From Amoebidium appalachense (taxonomy: Eukaryota; Protista; Ichthyosporea), in the NCBI GenBank assembly GCA_963693365.1, contig CAVNZM010000005.1, positions 7,138,710 through 7,202,709 on the forward strand: a stretch of 64,000 nucleotides of DNA, read 5' to 3'. The notes beneath the pieces were generated by a model, which saw nothing but the letters and a program-made list of their open reading frames with translations, made no database searches and was not told the DNA's origin. Made by a program: the position numbers and the translations under genes. Position 1 is the first letter of the stretch. Every line of letters begins with the position of its first letter. This document shows, one piece after another, positions 48,071 through 62,308 of this stretch.

Positions 48071-50220
48071 ATTTATTGCTTTTTTTTGGATTGTTTTCAG
48101 TTTTTTCTGGTACTCATCTCACCGTGATGTTAAATGCATCAGGTTGCTGTGTTGTGGTGTGCATGCACGGAGAAACCGTGTCATGCGCTAGCTTGAGCAA
48201 GCCTACTTTTTCTTTGGGTTTGCTCTTAGCCATGTGTGTGTGTAGACTCGTGTCCCTGTAGGTGCACTGTGGGGCCAGCATTTAATAATCGTGTGCAGGG
48301 GCGGGGTTATGGAGATTAGTGGCTTTTTGTGCATGAAAAGACTATGAAAGCCTTTTTTTGTGTTTGCCAAGCCACTAATAGACACCGATTTTGACACATT
48401 ACACATGACACATAATTTATGATTGAATGAACTGATTTTATGACACAAATGATTTGATATACAGCCATAGGTTTTAATGAATCAAGAGCCACAGCTATAA
48501 CGAATGGCAAGAGAAGTTATGTGATAGCAGCTGTTTTGACCCTTGTGCATGCATGTTAGCTGCACGGGAAACCAACATCCTTTGGTAGTACCACGGTACA
48601 ATATATCTACGAGAACAAGCTTATATGAGAACAAGTTGATGTGCAACTGAAGGGCCGCCCTGCTCTCCAAAGGAATATGTAAGCTTGGAACGATGACATG
48701 GCACCGGTTACGAAAGATTCTGTTCTGTTGCAACGGGATTGGTGCGGCCACGCCACCCCTGTGAATATGACTAATAACCTCCCCCCACACCACCACCGCC
48801 ACTAAACTACTGATTATCATGCACAATCTTAATGTGTGCTCCTTCTCTCCTTCCCCCCCCCCCCCTCTCCTCCTCCCCTCCACCCCCCCCCCTCCTGCAT
48901 CATCTGCATGATGTCATCCGTCATGAATGTGCGTGTGAACGTGTGCACTTGGTACTCTGTGACTCCCTCCCGGGCCTACCACCCCCTTTCTCTTTCGATT
49001 GACTTGAGCCCCCTAGCCTGCCCCCGAAGATGCGTTCTGCGGGAACATGTTGCTGGTATTGCATATAAGTGAAAGTTTGCCTTTGCATGTGTCCTGCACC
49101 GTGTTCCTCACTGTATAGTTCAACTTACGGTATTGCGTGCCGTGTGCGGCGTTTTCTGAGCACCCCCCCCCCCCCCCCCCCCCCTCCCCCTCCCCGCTTC
49201 TTGTGCGATTCTCAGCTCTGTTGCTTTTTGTTCTGTTCACATAAATAGCCATGCACATGCTCGTCTGTGTCAAGACGGGCGCCCACCCATGCTTGACTGC
49301 GCACATGTACAACCTTGCTGGTTAACATATATGTTGTGTTTTCTTTGTCTTTTTTGTTCATGTTGTGTGTGCGCGTGTATCAGGGAGAAGGGAAGGGTAG
49401 GGTGGGTGGGTGGGGGGGGGAGGAGCAGAGGCATTGATAGAAACACGATGGCCCCCTGCAACCAATAGTAGTCACATGAGACAGGACCGGACACCCATGC
49501 CCCGAGCATTCATAACACCAAAAATCTCTGGAGGTCATCCTGTGGCCTTCACAGAACAAATTTACGGAAATCAGAACGTGAAATATACACGTAGCTACTT
49601 TTACAACCACCTATATATAGCTACCCAAAGGTCAGGCGTCATGCCCATTGCATGCCTTGGCCCATAGAAATGTGTCACTTAAAACGTGCCATACTACAAT
49701 TCTACAGTTACGCCGTTTTTACTAAACACAATCGTCATGATATGCAATAGACAAAAAAAAATAATAAATAGGGAAGGAGTGTTTTGACAAGGGTGCAAGG
49801 CTTAGCAGTGAGATGGAAATACCAAGGCACCCAATTCACAACTACCACCCGAAAAAGTATGGTCCGAAATCAAGAAACAAGACAAAAAAAGGGGGGAGAA
49901 GAGGAAGCAAAAACGTCGGCGGGGCCAGTTTTAAAAAGGAAAAAAAAGACAAGAAAGAAAGAAAATAGCCTGCATCCTTGTGCTTTCCCTCCTTTTGCCC
50001 ACCCACGCGTACGAGTACAGTGTTGACTGGCTCTGCAGCTCGCACAACCCTCATATCCACTTTCCGCATAAAGCATAAAAGCTCACATACGGCGTGTCTG
50101 GTGGGAAAACGGCTCGATAAGTCGGTTGATTACAACACCACCACCACCACCACCACCACCACCAACACACCCCCCTCCCCCCCCCCCCGCCCGCCCACCC
50201 ACCCACCACCACCACCACGA

Positions 50221-50252
<32 letters not shown>

Positions 50253-50842
50253 GCGCACAAAGCAAAAAAAAATGGGCTGCACGATTGCTTCCTGCATAGG
50301 GACGAGAAGAAGAATCAGGGCATACACGTCCTCGTAAAACAATACATGTACTTGGATACAGAGCCGCAATCTCCAGCAAACACACGAATGAAACACACAA
50401 CATTGTCAAATCCGCGCTATATTCCTACTTTTTATATAGTCTTATATTACCCACCCGCCACATGAAATACTTCTTTTACAAAATTGTTAAAAAGTTCAGG
50501 TTGGCTAATAAACCAATATCTTAATAGATGAACCCTGAGTGCTCCAACATGAACACGAATACCCCTCTGCGTACACATGTCACACGTACACACACGGATG
50601 CATTCAACCCCCCCCCCCCCCCCCCCCCTCCTCATCCACGCACCCCCATTTCTTCGTTGGTGGCATGGCTGGTGATCTTTCGCAAACTAATATGTACATA
50701 TTAGGAATTCCATCTCCACTATCCAAGTGGTTGCACCCACACGCACACACCCAAAAAAAAAAAAAAAAAGAGAGAGAGAAGGGAAAATACCAAAAAAAGA
50801 AAACATCAAGGACAAACTCACATGTGAGGGCCGGCAGGGGTT

Positions 50843-50949
50843 TCAGTGGAGAATGCCGGCATACTCGTCAAGGCCGAGAGCCACGTTCATGTTCTGCGTG
50901 TGTGTGTGTGTGTGTGTGTCGCGCGTGTGTAATGCCAGCATAGGGGGAA

Positions 50950-50983
<34 letters not shown>

Positions 50984-51277
50984 GGGGGGGGGGGAGAGGG
51001 GCAGGCGGGCGGCCGGGCAGGAGATTAGAAGGCTTGTTATCAGGAAACACTTGCATTTCTAAGCCCCTTCAATACCTAACACTCTGTATGTTAATAAGGT
51101 ATTTAGCTCAATTGGTAGAGATTTGGGATTTATAAAAATCTTTAAAATAATTTTAATGTAATGAAGGAGGAATTTACTATGATAATTTTACATTAGGAGT
51201 ATAATTAAATCATTTAATTTTAGAAGTAGAATTAAATCATTCAATGTTTGGGGAGAGCTCTACTACGTTTTGCAGTC

Positions 51278-51320
<43 letters not shown>

Positions 51321-51321
51321 C

Positions 51322-51381
<60 letters not shown>

Positions 51382-51628
51382 AAAATCAAAAAAAAAAAAA
51401 CTAACAACAAGAAGGAGAAAGAGTCCCCACCACCACCACCACCATCAGTAACAGAACACTCAACGTGCACACGTGGAAAGGGTAGGACTCGAAACTTATT
51501 AAGGTAGACATAAAATAAAAAATAAATAAATAAAAGCCCCAACACAATCGTGTCGCCGTGCAGAAACCAGAAACCACGAATTTTTATAGCATGAGCTCTG
51601 CTTATGAAAACGGGAAAAGTGAGGAAAA

Positions 51629-51661
<33 letters not shown>

Positions 51662-51752
51662 TGGTTGGTTTACAAGGCGTTACAGAGCATGAAGCGAATA
51701 TTCATGAAGGGCACTACACTGCAATTTGCGAGGGGGAGTGGGGAGGGGGGAA

Positions 51753-51783
<31 letters not shown>

Positions 51784-52036
51784 GAATGTACCTGCAGACA
51801 CTGTGTGGCAGCGCCCTTGAGCAGATTGTCGATGGTGGCGCAAACAACAACACGGGTCGGGTCGGTCTTGCTGTGGGCCAGATAGATTCATGTCAATACT
51901 TCGCCAAAGACGTGCAGATGTTTTTGTTGTTCTCTTTTAACATAGCACCATCATTAGTGTACTAGTAATATTATCATTATCATTACTATTACGTGGCTCT
52001 TTTTCAGAGCATGATTGTTATTCTTCTTCTTTTTTC

Positions 52037-52111
<75 letters not shown>

Positions 52112-52224
52112 GGTTTGAAAATACCTGACTTCGAAGCCACCAATGACGACGTGGTGCTTGCCGGCATTGTCCCTCACCAGAGGGGCATCCTTCTGCACGT
52201 GCACGAGCTTCTCATCCGCATACG

Positions 52225-52264
<40 letters not shown>

Positions 52265-52683
52265 TGTGACAAAGAGGCTGACAGTGAGACTGCATGGTTA
52301 CCCTACTCCAAAGGAAGACGTGGGAAATGGCACCGACAGGAGGAGTGGTGGTGGTGGTGGTGGTTGGGGGGGGGGGGGGGGGGGGGGGAGGAGAGAGAGA
52401 GAGAGACTATTTTTTTTTATAAAAAAAAAAATCCCTCGCGCACTCCAGGAAACCCAGAAACTCACAGGACCAATAGGCAGGAAAAAACGACGCCAAAAAT
52501 GCAAAAGAGGGAATCTGGGTGATGCCCATGCTGACCCATGGCCCGAAAGTGTGAGAGAGAGGGCTTGCTCACACGCACAAACCGTCAACAAGAAATAATA
52601 GTAATTCTTACCACCACTTCGTGAGAAATAGTGAGCAGACGCAGAGTAGACCACAAGCCCACAAGTGCATACATAAAGGACAA

Positions 52684-52717
<34 letters not shown>

Positions 52718-52903
52718 GGAAAGGAGGGGGGTGGATGTGTGATGTGGGTGGTGGTAAGGTGCCTGAATGTGCGTTAGTTTTTGTGTTCTTGAGCGGATAT
52801 GGCCGACAGGATGTGGGTGTGTGGGTGTACTCTGTGCGTGTGCGCGCGCGCGCCTTTCGTTGTGTTAGTGATGATGGTGTATGTGTGTGATTGTGTGGGA
52901 AGG

Positions 52904-52943
<40 letters not shown>

Positions 52944-52956
52944 GGTGTGTGGGAAG

Positions 52957-52993
<37 letters not shown>

Positions 52994-53671
52994 CTGTATT
53001 CCATGTGTACCTTCTTGAAAAGTTCGTAGACCTCCTCGGTGGTGGTTGGCCGATTGAGAACAATGTTGGTGGTCAGGTGGATGCCTGGGACACATGGTGA
53101 GGGTTAATAAGTGCCGCCAAAGAAACACCACACCACAATTTGCACTTGCACACACACACATCACCACCCTCTCAAACCCCTCCCTCCCCCCTTCTCTCTA
53201 CTCCCCCCCCCCCCCCCCCCCCCCTCCCTTGCACCAGCAAAAAAGAAAAAGAAATATAAAACTTTCAAAAAAACAAAACACACACACCCGCACACACCCG
53301 CACACACACACACACACACATTTTTTTTTTTTAAAAGAAAAAAACACAATGCCCTGGTGCCAACTTAAAGGAACAGGACGTATGTAGAACGAAAGCAAAC
53401 TAAAACAACAGCAATTCGAGAGTTGGCCTTGGTGGTGGTCTGGATGAGATGGCGAAGAGGATGGGCTGTGCGCGCGCGCGCGCGTGTGTGTGGTGTGTAT
53501 GTATGTGTTTATTCTTTATTTTATTTTTATTTTTTTTCCCGGGGGGGGGGGGGGGGGGGGGGGGTTGGGGTTGGGGGGAGGGGGTGAAGGAGGGAGGGAG
53601 GGAGGAGGGGGTGGGGGTGTTTTTCTTTTTTTTCTTTCTTTTTTTTTCCTTTTTTTTTTTCCTTTTTTTTT

Positions 53672-53702
<31 letters not shown>

Positions 53703-54287
53703 GGAGGGAGGAGGGTTGTTGTACCCTGGAACCAAGAGGCGACATGGGGGGTGAAGTGGATGGGATGGCCAACCTGACGGCTAACCTGTCGACCAATCAA
53801 ATATCAGTATTCCGTACCGTAACTTAATGCCATAGAATCGAATACCACGCCATGGGGGGTCATTATAAAACTCTATACAATAACAACCCCCCCCCCCCCA
53901 TTTTTGTTTGTTTAAATTTGCCCCCCTGCCCCCCTGCCCTTTCCCTCCCCCTGCATCTTTGATCTTCTGCCAACCCCAACCTAACCAGAAAGACTTCTAT
54001 CTTCCCTTGTGCTTGTTCCTCTTATGAACGAATAACCGTAACATTATCAAACCTGCCATGTTTTTTGCACCCACTGTGTTCGACAGGAAACCAAACGACT
54101 TTGATTCGAAAAACCGACAAGATGCTGTCAGCACTCAAACAAATGATGAAGTTACCCGCAAAAAAAGGGATCAGGCTCTTAATAGGTGCCATTGGGCAGG
54201 TGGTGGTGGTGGTGGTGGTGGTGGGGGGAAAGGGGGGGGGAGAGAGAGGCGGGGGAGTGTGAGTATGAGTGTGGGCATGTGTATGTT

Positions 54288-54324
<37 letters not shown>

Positions 54325-54716
54325 GAGGGGGGGAGGGAGGGGGCGAGCGAGAGAGAGAGTGTGTGTGTGTGTTCATTTGTGTGCGTGGGTGTGTGTGCGG
54401 GGGGGGGGGGGGGGGGGGGGGGAGGGAAGAGACGACAGAGAGCGCGAGAGCGAGAGAGAGAGGAGAGAGACAATTAGAGAGAGAGGAGAGAGCGATAGAG
54501 ACACACACACACACACAGCATTTTGTACGTACCTCACGCTCGTGGATGTGGTTGGTGAGGGTGTAGGGGATAATATTATCCTTGAGGAAGGCAGGGTCGT
54601 TTTTGGGTGAGGGGGTGGTGCCGGCACCAGAGTAGCCTGTGGGGGAGAAATGATTCGTTCGACATCAGTGGTGCGTATGGAACGGCAGAAGTAACTGAGA
54701 TCAACAAAAAGGGAAA

Positions 54717-54787
<71 letters not shown>

Positions 54788-55229
54788 CGGAAAGGGAGGG
54801 GGGGGGGGGGGGGGGGGGGGGGAGGGGGCGGGAGGATGGGGGATGGATCTGAAGGATAACAGCCCCCTGGTGTGATGCATGAAATGCTGTGCATGTGTGG
54901 ATACCTCAGTGTGACCACTTGCTCACTACAACCACCCCACCAAAACATCGTACACTGAGGGTCAAAAAAGAAAAAGGATGGGACTGGTAAAGCTATGAGA
55001 GAGGGCAAAGAGGCAGGAGGAAGGGAGGGCCGGGGGAGGGGGTGGAGGTGGGGTAAGGGTGGTGGGTGGTGGTGGTGGTGGTGGTGGGGCGGGGGGGGGG
55101 GGGGGGGGAGGGGGGGGGAAGGGGAGGGGGTGGGGGAGGGGGGAAGGGGCGGGAAGGTTCTTACCAGAGACACCGAAGACCATGGGGGGGTTCTTGAGGA
55201 GGTCCTTCAGGGGCAGAATGGATAGCTGG

Positions 55230-55326
<97 letters not shown>

Positions 55327-56075
55327 GGAGTGTGTGTGCATGCCCGTGGGTTTTCCAGGGCGGCGGTATGTGGTTGAAAGGGGTGAGCGAGTGTGTGTGG
55401 TTTTCGTAGTAGTGGTGGTGGGAGAAGGATGGGGGGTGGGGTCAGGCGACTGATCTAACCAAGATTCACACAACTAGAGAGGGGAAACGGGTAGAGGCAG
55501 GAAGGGGGAGAGAAGGCGCGGGGGGGGGGGGGGGGGGGGGGGGGACTTGCACCAAGGCAGAGCAAATCTTGATTATGTGGTCTATCGTTGCCTTTCCTCC
55601 TTCTTTCCTGATTTGCAGGTGACGTTATGGGGAATCTATATGAAGCAAGGGTGAATGTGAAGAAAGGATTCCGGGCACACACCTGGGCGCTGTGTACATG
55701 GCACGTGCCTTGTCAAATGTGTGTGTGTGTGTGTGTGTGTCTGTGTGCCTGTGTGTGTGTGTGCGCGCGCCCGCACGTGTGTATGTTTGCGTGTTGATCT
55801 ACTTGCAGAACTTTCTTTCCTTTTCCTTTTTTCCAGCAGCAAGAAGGAGAAGGGGAAGAGAGGGAGGAGGGAGAAACTGAGGGAAGGAGAGGGGGAGGGC
55901 GCGGCGGGCGGGGCGGGAAGGGGGGGGGGGGGGGGGGGGGTGTTACCCGTGGCAGGAAAGGGAAGAGGGGGAGGGAGGGAGGGAGGGAGGGAGAAACCGG
56001 GGGGGGGGGGGGGGGGGGGGGGGAGGGGGGTTTTGAATGCGTCAAAAAGTACGAAGTACACAAGAACAAACGGAT

Positions 56076-56106
<31 letters not shown>

Positions 56107-57990
56107 GGTGTGTTACCGGTGGCATAGCAGCCAGGGTTGCTGATGAACTGGGCATTGCGGATCTCCTTGCGGAACCGCTCGGGCATACCATACTGCCACT
56201 CATCGGTGAAGCGCCAGTCTGTGTGTGTGTGTGTGTGCATGTGCGTCGTTCCGCGAGGGGGACGGGGAAGGGGGGGAGGGGAGGAGGGAGGGGGAGGGGG
56301 GAGGGGTTAGAATGCGCTAAGGAGTACGACGTACATATTCATGACGGATAGCACAACGCAAAGATCAAAAACGAAAGCACACAAAAAAAGTATGCTTAAT
56401 AGCAGGGCCCACGCTCAGGGGGGTTTCAAAAAGAGCGAAAGGAGGCAAGGAAGAAGGAAAGCAAGGTTACAAGGGTAAAAGAGTAAAAGGTTACCGGCCG
56501 AGAGGTCGACCACGACGGGCTTAGTGGACATCTGCTTGACGGCATCGACGAAGGGCTTGGACAGGTTGTTGGGCATGGCAAGTACCCAGCAGTCAACATC
56601 TGTACGTGTACGTGTGTGTACGTGTGTGTGTACGTGTGTGTGTACGTGTACGTGTGTGTGTGTGTGTGCAGTGTGGGTGGGGAGACGGGAGAGAGTGAGT
56701 GAATATGGGAAAGGGGTGATAAATGCATTAGAGAGTGGCAACATGGAAAAGATATTTGAAACAACCCCCTCCCCCCCTCCCCCCCTCCCCCCCCCCCCCC
56801 CCCAAAAAAAAAATAATAATAAAAAAAAAATAATAAAAATAAAGTTAAATAAAAAACTTAGGAACTAGGTAGACAGAATACATGCTAAAGGAGCCCAACA
56901 CGAAAGCGGTACATAGCACGTACGACCTACAAGTACGAAAAAAGCACCACGATGACACACCCACACGTGCACACAAAGACAGACACCCGCACACATGTGA
57001 ACACACAACACAGGCAGGCAGACACGCAACCACACGCGCAGAGACAGACATGGACACAGGAATGCACACACACACACGCACGCGCGCGTACCCTGGTGGT
57101 TCAGCAGGTCCTTGGGCTCCAGGTTGACGTACTTCTTGTCCGTCTCAAGCTGCATGGCACATAGACGGAGTCAGTCTGACAGCACCCCAACCCCACCCCT
57201 TCTCCCCAACAACAACACACATACACACACATGTACACGCATGTACACGCATGCACACGCACACACACACACACACAACTACACTCCTATTATCCTGGGA
57301 TATTACCAATACTGACCTTCTCTTTCCATCCCCCCCTCTCCCCCCCCCCCCCCCCCCCTTTTCCCCATGGTGTGCGTGTTTGTGTGTGTGTGGAGGGGGG
57401 GGGAGAAGGGGGGGGGGGGGGGGGGGGGCTAAGAATGTGTAAATAGATTGAAAGCATGACTTCCCGATGGATTACAAGTGTAGATTACGGATATAAATGT
57501 ACCGAGTACAAAATACGTCGAGGTGGAGGGGGGGGGGGGGGGGGGGGGAGGGGGGGGTATCAGGGCGGTTCTAAAGGGCAACACACAGAACGAGGGAAAT
57601 TCACCACGAATAGCATTTTGGCCGCAAGCCCAAAAAAAAAAAAAAAAAAAAAACACAAAAAATGGGGGGGGGCACACACACACACACACACACATGCACA
57701 CGCACACGCACACACAGACACAAAGAGATGGGGGGTGGGGTGGGGGGGGGGGGGGGGGGGGGGAAGAGAAAACGAGAGAGAGTGTGTGTGCACACGTGTT
57801 TGTCTGCAAGATCAAGGATCAAGGATGGGAGGAGGAGGAGGTGGTGGTGGTGGTGGTGGGGTGTGTGTGTGTGTGTGTGTGTATGTGTGTGTGTGTGTGG
57901 GGGGCTCACCTCAGGCACGGTGTCCTTGATGGGTGTGCCCTCAAGTGCACGGGAGCTGACACAGGCAATATCCATGTGCGGGTGCTTGGC

Positions 57991-58024
<34 letters not shown>

Positions 58025-58960
58025 TGTGTGTGTTTGTCGAAGAGGGTGGGTGGGTGGGAGCGGGGGTGGGGGAGGTGGTCGGAGTGGTTAGAATGCGTCA
58101 CAAGAGTATGAGGCACACACTTCAACAGACAACATAAAAGGTGGCTATCTAGTTACGGTACTTCAACCTCTGGGCTCCGATTTTGGAAGTAAAACAAACA
58201 ATAGAAACCGAAACTGCAGAGATATTATTCTCCCCCCTCCCCCCCCCCCCCCCCCCCCCCCCCCGCGCCCCTTCCACCCCCTCTCTCTGCAGGGCCATGG
58301 CCTATATTTGGTTACACAGCAACTTCACAGATCTCTTGGACTGGAACCAGAGGAGGGAGGGGAGGGGGGGGGGGGGGACATATCACATACATAGGCAGTA
58401 TCGGTGTATCTAAACAAGGTGGGTATCGTATATACTGTATAGACTCAAACCTAGATCCACTCCCAGTATAGTTGTATAAGAATATACCGTTTAGCATTCC
58501 AGACTTGATATACAAGCAGTATAGATGTATATAACTTATCATAAACTAGACAGACTCCAGCCTTGATATACAAGCAGTATAGATGTATATAATTTATCAT
58601 AAACTAGACAGACTCCAGATTTATATACAAGCAGTATAGACGTATATAACGCCACCATAAAGAATGACTCTAGACTAATATTAGATACACAAGCAGTATC
58701 GATCTATAAAAACCGAAGTAATGATTATGGATATAAGCCTGCATATTTCTATGTATTATCTACACAGTTATCCATTGGGGGATACGCACCAACCAGCTTC
58801 ATGAGTTCGCGGCCCACATACCCACGGGCACCAATGATGCCCACGGTCTTGGGAAGAACACCCTTGTGCACGGTCGTGCCGTAGCCCCCCTTCATGTTCT
58901 TGAGCATCACACGCGGCAGGTGCTGTGGGTGTACGTGTACGTGTGTGTTGTGTTGTGTTT

Positions 58961-58999
<39 letters not shown>

Positions 59000-59123
59000 G
59001 TGTGTGTGGATAAGGGTGTGGTGTCAACAAACCAGCTGGCAGAGCTCTCGCAAAACCCAAAAGGAAAAGGGCAAACATGCACAAAGTGACACACAAACAT
59101 ATGTGCCAAAACAAGCGCGCGCG

Positions 59124-59185
<62 letters not shown>

Positions 59186-59780
59186 GGCATGAAAAAATCA
59201 AGAACATTTGCCAAACAAGCTAGGGAGTACCGAGGGGGTTGTGAGATCAATCTTGCCGCCAATGAAACATTTTAAACGTACCCTAAAAAGAGAACAAGAC
59301 ACAAATCTAACCAAACATGGTATGCCTACCTCGGGAGACGTAAGATCGATGGCAGCATCGTCCGGCAGTGTGGAGAGGATGTCCTTCACCTCGTTGATCT
59401 TAAGCTTGGTGCCGTACTTGACCCACGGCTGCTTCATAAGATCCGCATAGTCCCTCTTAAGATTGATCTCCGGCAGCTTGTTGCCCTTGTCGTCGAAGAG
59501 ACCACCGTTGGCTACAGGTGGCGGGGGGGAAGGGGGGGGGGGGGGGGGGGGTTATAATGCGTTACAGAGTACGACGTACACATTTAGACAGAGAGAAAGA
59601 GGGGGGGGGGGGGGGAGGGGGGGAGGGGGGAAGGTTTAGAATGTGTTACAGAGTGCGAAATGCACATTTACGACTGACAACACAATGCAGAGTGCACCAC
59701 TCACATAACGAATAAGCATGAAAAGTAAAGCCGATCATCCTGGACGGGGTGGAGGGTGGAAGGTGAAGGTGTGTGTTTTT

Positions 59781-59830
<50 letters not shown>

Positions 59831-60324
59831 GGCTGTATTAACTTGCTGAGCTAGAGAATGTTTGTGAGTGTGTGTGTGCGCGCGCGCGCCTGTGTAAGGT
59901 GTGTCCATGCGGCCGTGTGTGTGTATCTTTGTGTGCACATGTGTGATATATCACGTACTGTTGAGGTAGACAGTGTGCAGGGGCTGCAGGGTCTTTGCCA
60001 GTTCGGCAGCAACCACATCGGCATTGACGTTCAGAAGGTTCTGGTCGTCGGCCTAGAATGTTCCATGTGACGTCAGCACATAAGCACATGACCGTTCAAG
60101 GGGGGTTCTTCATGGCCGATTTATGGGCCCTTTTCGGGTCGGGCCAAAATGCTGTTTAATGCGCACCCTTGCCAATTATAAAGCGTAAATCACTTTCGGG
60201 TCTGACCCGACCCGGATCTCCACAAAGCAACCCCTTCAAATAGCCATTTCATTTCATAATGTACGCCACCCACTCACTGTTTCGACAACCTTTGTCGCTC
60301 CATCCACACAAACATGACACACAA

Positions 60325-60359
<35 letters not shown>

Positions 60360-60889
60360 AGACACACACAGTCGTCCCTTTCATCCCCCTCACACCCTCC
60401 CTCCCCGTTGAAAGACGTTATCTCATCACTACCTGAAAATCGTGTCTCTTTCTCTTTGCCCCCCCCTACCCACATGCATCCATAAGTCGATGGCCCAACT
60501 ATACCACAAGCAAACAGGCAGGAACACCCGTCACCTCCCCCCTAGTGCTTTCTGCTGCTGCTTTCAACAAACCCCCTCAGAATACTTGGTCTTCTCTATA
60601 AGCCACCACGCCAAGTTACATGTATGAGGGAAAGGGTGTGTGTGTGTGCGTGCGTGTGTGCATTGGGGGGGGGGGGGGGGGGGGGGGGGAGGAAAAGGGG
60701 GGGGGGGGGGGGGGGGGAGGGGGAGAAGGGGGGAGAGGGGGGAGGGAGGAGGGAGTTGAAATAAGGGGTCAGGAAGAGAGGTGTGGGGATTGGAAGAAAG
60801 AGGGGGGGGGGGGGGGGGGGGGAGGGGTACCATTGCCAGGGAGCCAATCACGGGGATGCTGTGGTTCTTCAGGCAGGGCTCAAGGAGCT

Positions 60890-60941
<52 letters not shown>

Positions 60942-62266
60942 CGCGCGCACGGGTGAACATGTAGGTGTGTGAAATGTGTCAGTAGACACCATGAAAAAAC
61001 ACAAATAAAAACGAGAAGTAACTTTGGGTGGTGGAGAACGGGGGCGGCGGCGTGGGGAGGGGGAAGGAGGGGGGGGGGGGGGGGGGGACAAAACACAGTG
61101 CACTAGCAACGAAATGATGGTGCTAATCAATCCAAGGACTTTCAACCGGGCCTTTTTTTGTGCTCATAGCACATGTTTAGAAGCGGTGGAGCAAAAATAT
61201 TGTCATTTACCTCCACATAGTGCGTTCACAACGGACAACACAACCCTGGCTTTGCAAAGCACACACGAAGAGTTTGAGAGGGGGAGGGGGGGGGGGGGGA
61301 AGGGGGAGAGGGACAGACAAAGGAGAGCAAAAAGGGGGGCCCTTGAGTTGGGGGGAGGGGGAGGATGAAAAAAGTGATCGTACCACCTCTAAGCACACGG
61401 CTCATGGTAAACCGGTGGCCAGGGAGGGGGAGCTGTATGTGTGTGTGTGTGTGTGTGTGTGGTGGTGGTGGTGGTTGGGGGGGGGGGGGGGGGGGGGAGG
61501 GCGGTGAACCTTGCGCACGCCTGTGATCTTGCCGACATACTTCCAGCGGTTGAAGTCCAAAAACTTGCCCACGAGCAGGGGGGTACCAACAAACGGGGTG
61601 GCGCTGAACCCGGCAGCATTGATGGCCTATTATTGATAATAAATGTTAGTTCTATTTTATATGTTTTGTTTGATCATTTATCATACAATTTTTATGGCGC
61701 TGGGGGCTGCGTAGGGGGGGGGGGGAGGGGGGGGGAGTGAGTGCATGTTCAAAGAAAAAGGCTTGAGAATGTAGGAACAGGAAGGGAGCAGAGGGTGAAC
61801 GGCAGGATGAAGGGAGGGGGTGGGGGTGGGGGAGGTAGGGGTCGTGCAAAAAGCACGAGAAGGGCTGGGCCCTGAATGCCGGGGAGGAGTATGAAGTATG
61901 GAGGGGGGGGGGGGGGGGGGGGGGGGGTTAACGGTTGAAGACACGGAAGGTGATGGACAAGGATAGAGAGGGGGGGGGGGGGGGGGGGGATGTTATTTTT
62001 TTTTCTATTGTGTGACATGTTGGACATCTTAGTAAACGTGTCTATATGTGGAGGTGTGCATGTGCACACATGTGTTTGCGTTTGTGTGCGTGTGCGTGTT
62101 CGTGCGTGCTTGTGTGTATGAGTGCACGTGGAAGTGTGTCTGTGTGTGTGTGCGTGTGTGTACATGTCTGCATGTCTGTGCGTGTGTGGGGTGGGTGCTT
62201 GTGCTTGTGCGTCTGTGCATGTATGTACATGTGTGTGTTTGTATGACTGAACACGGAGGTGTGTGC

Positions 62267-62308
<42 letters not shown>

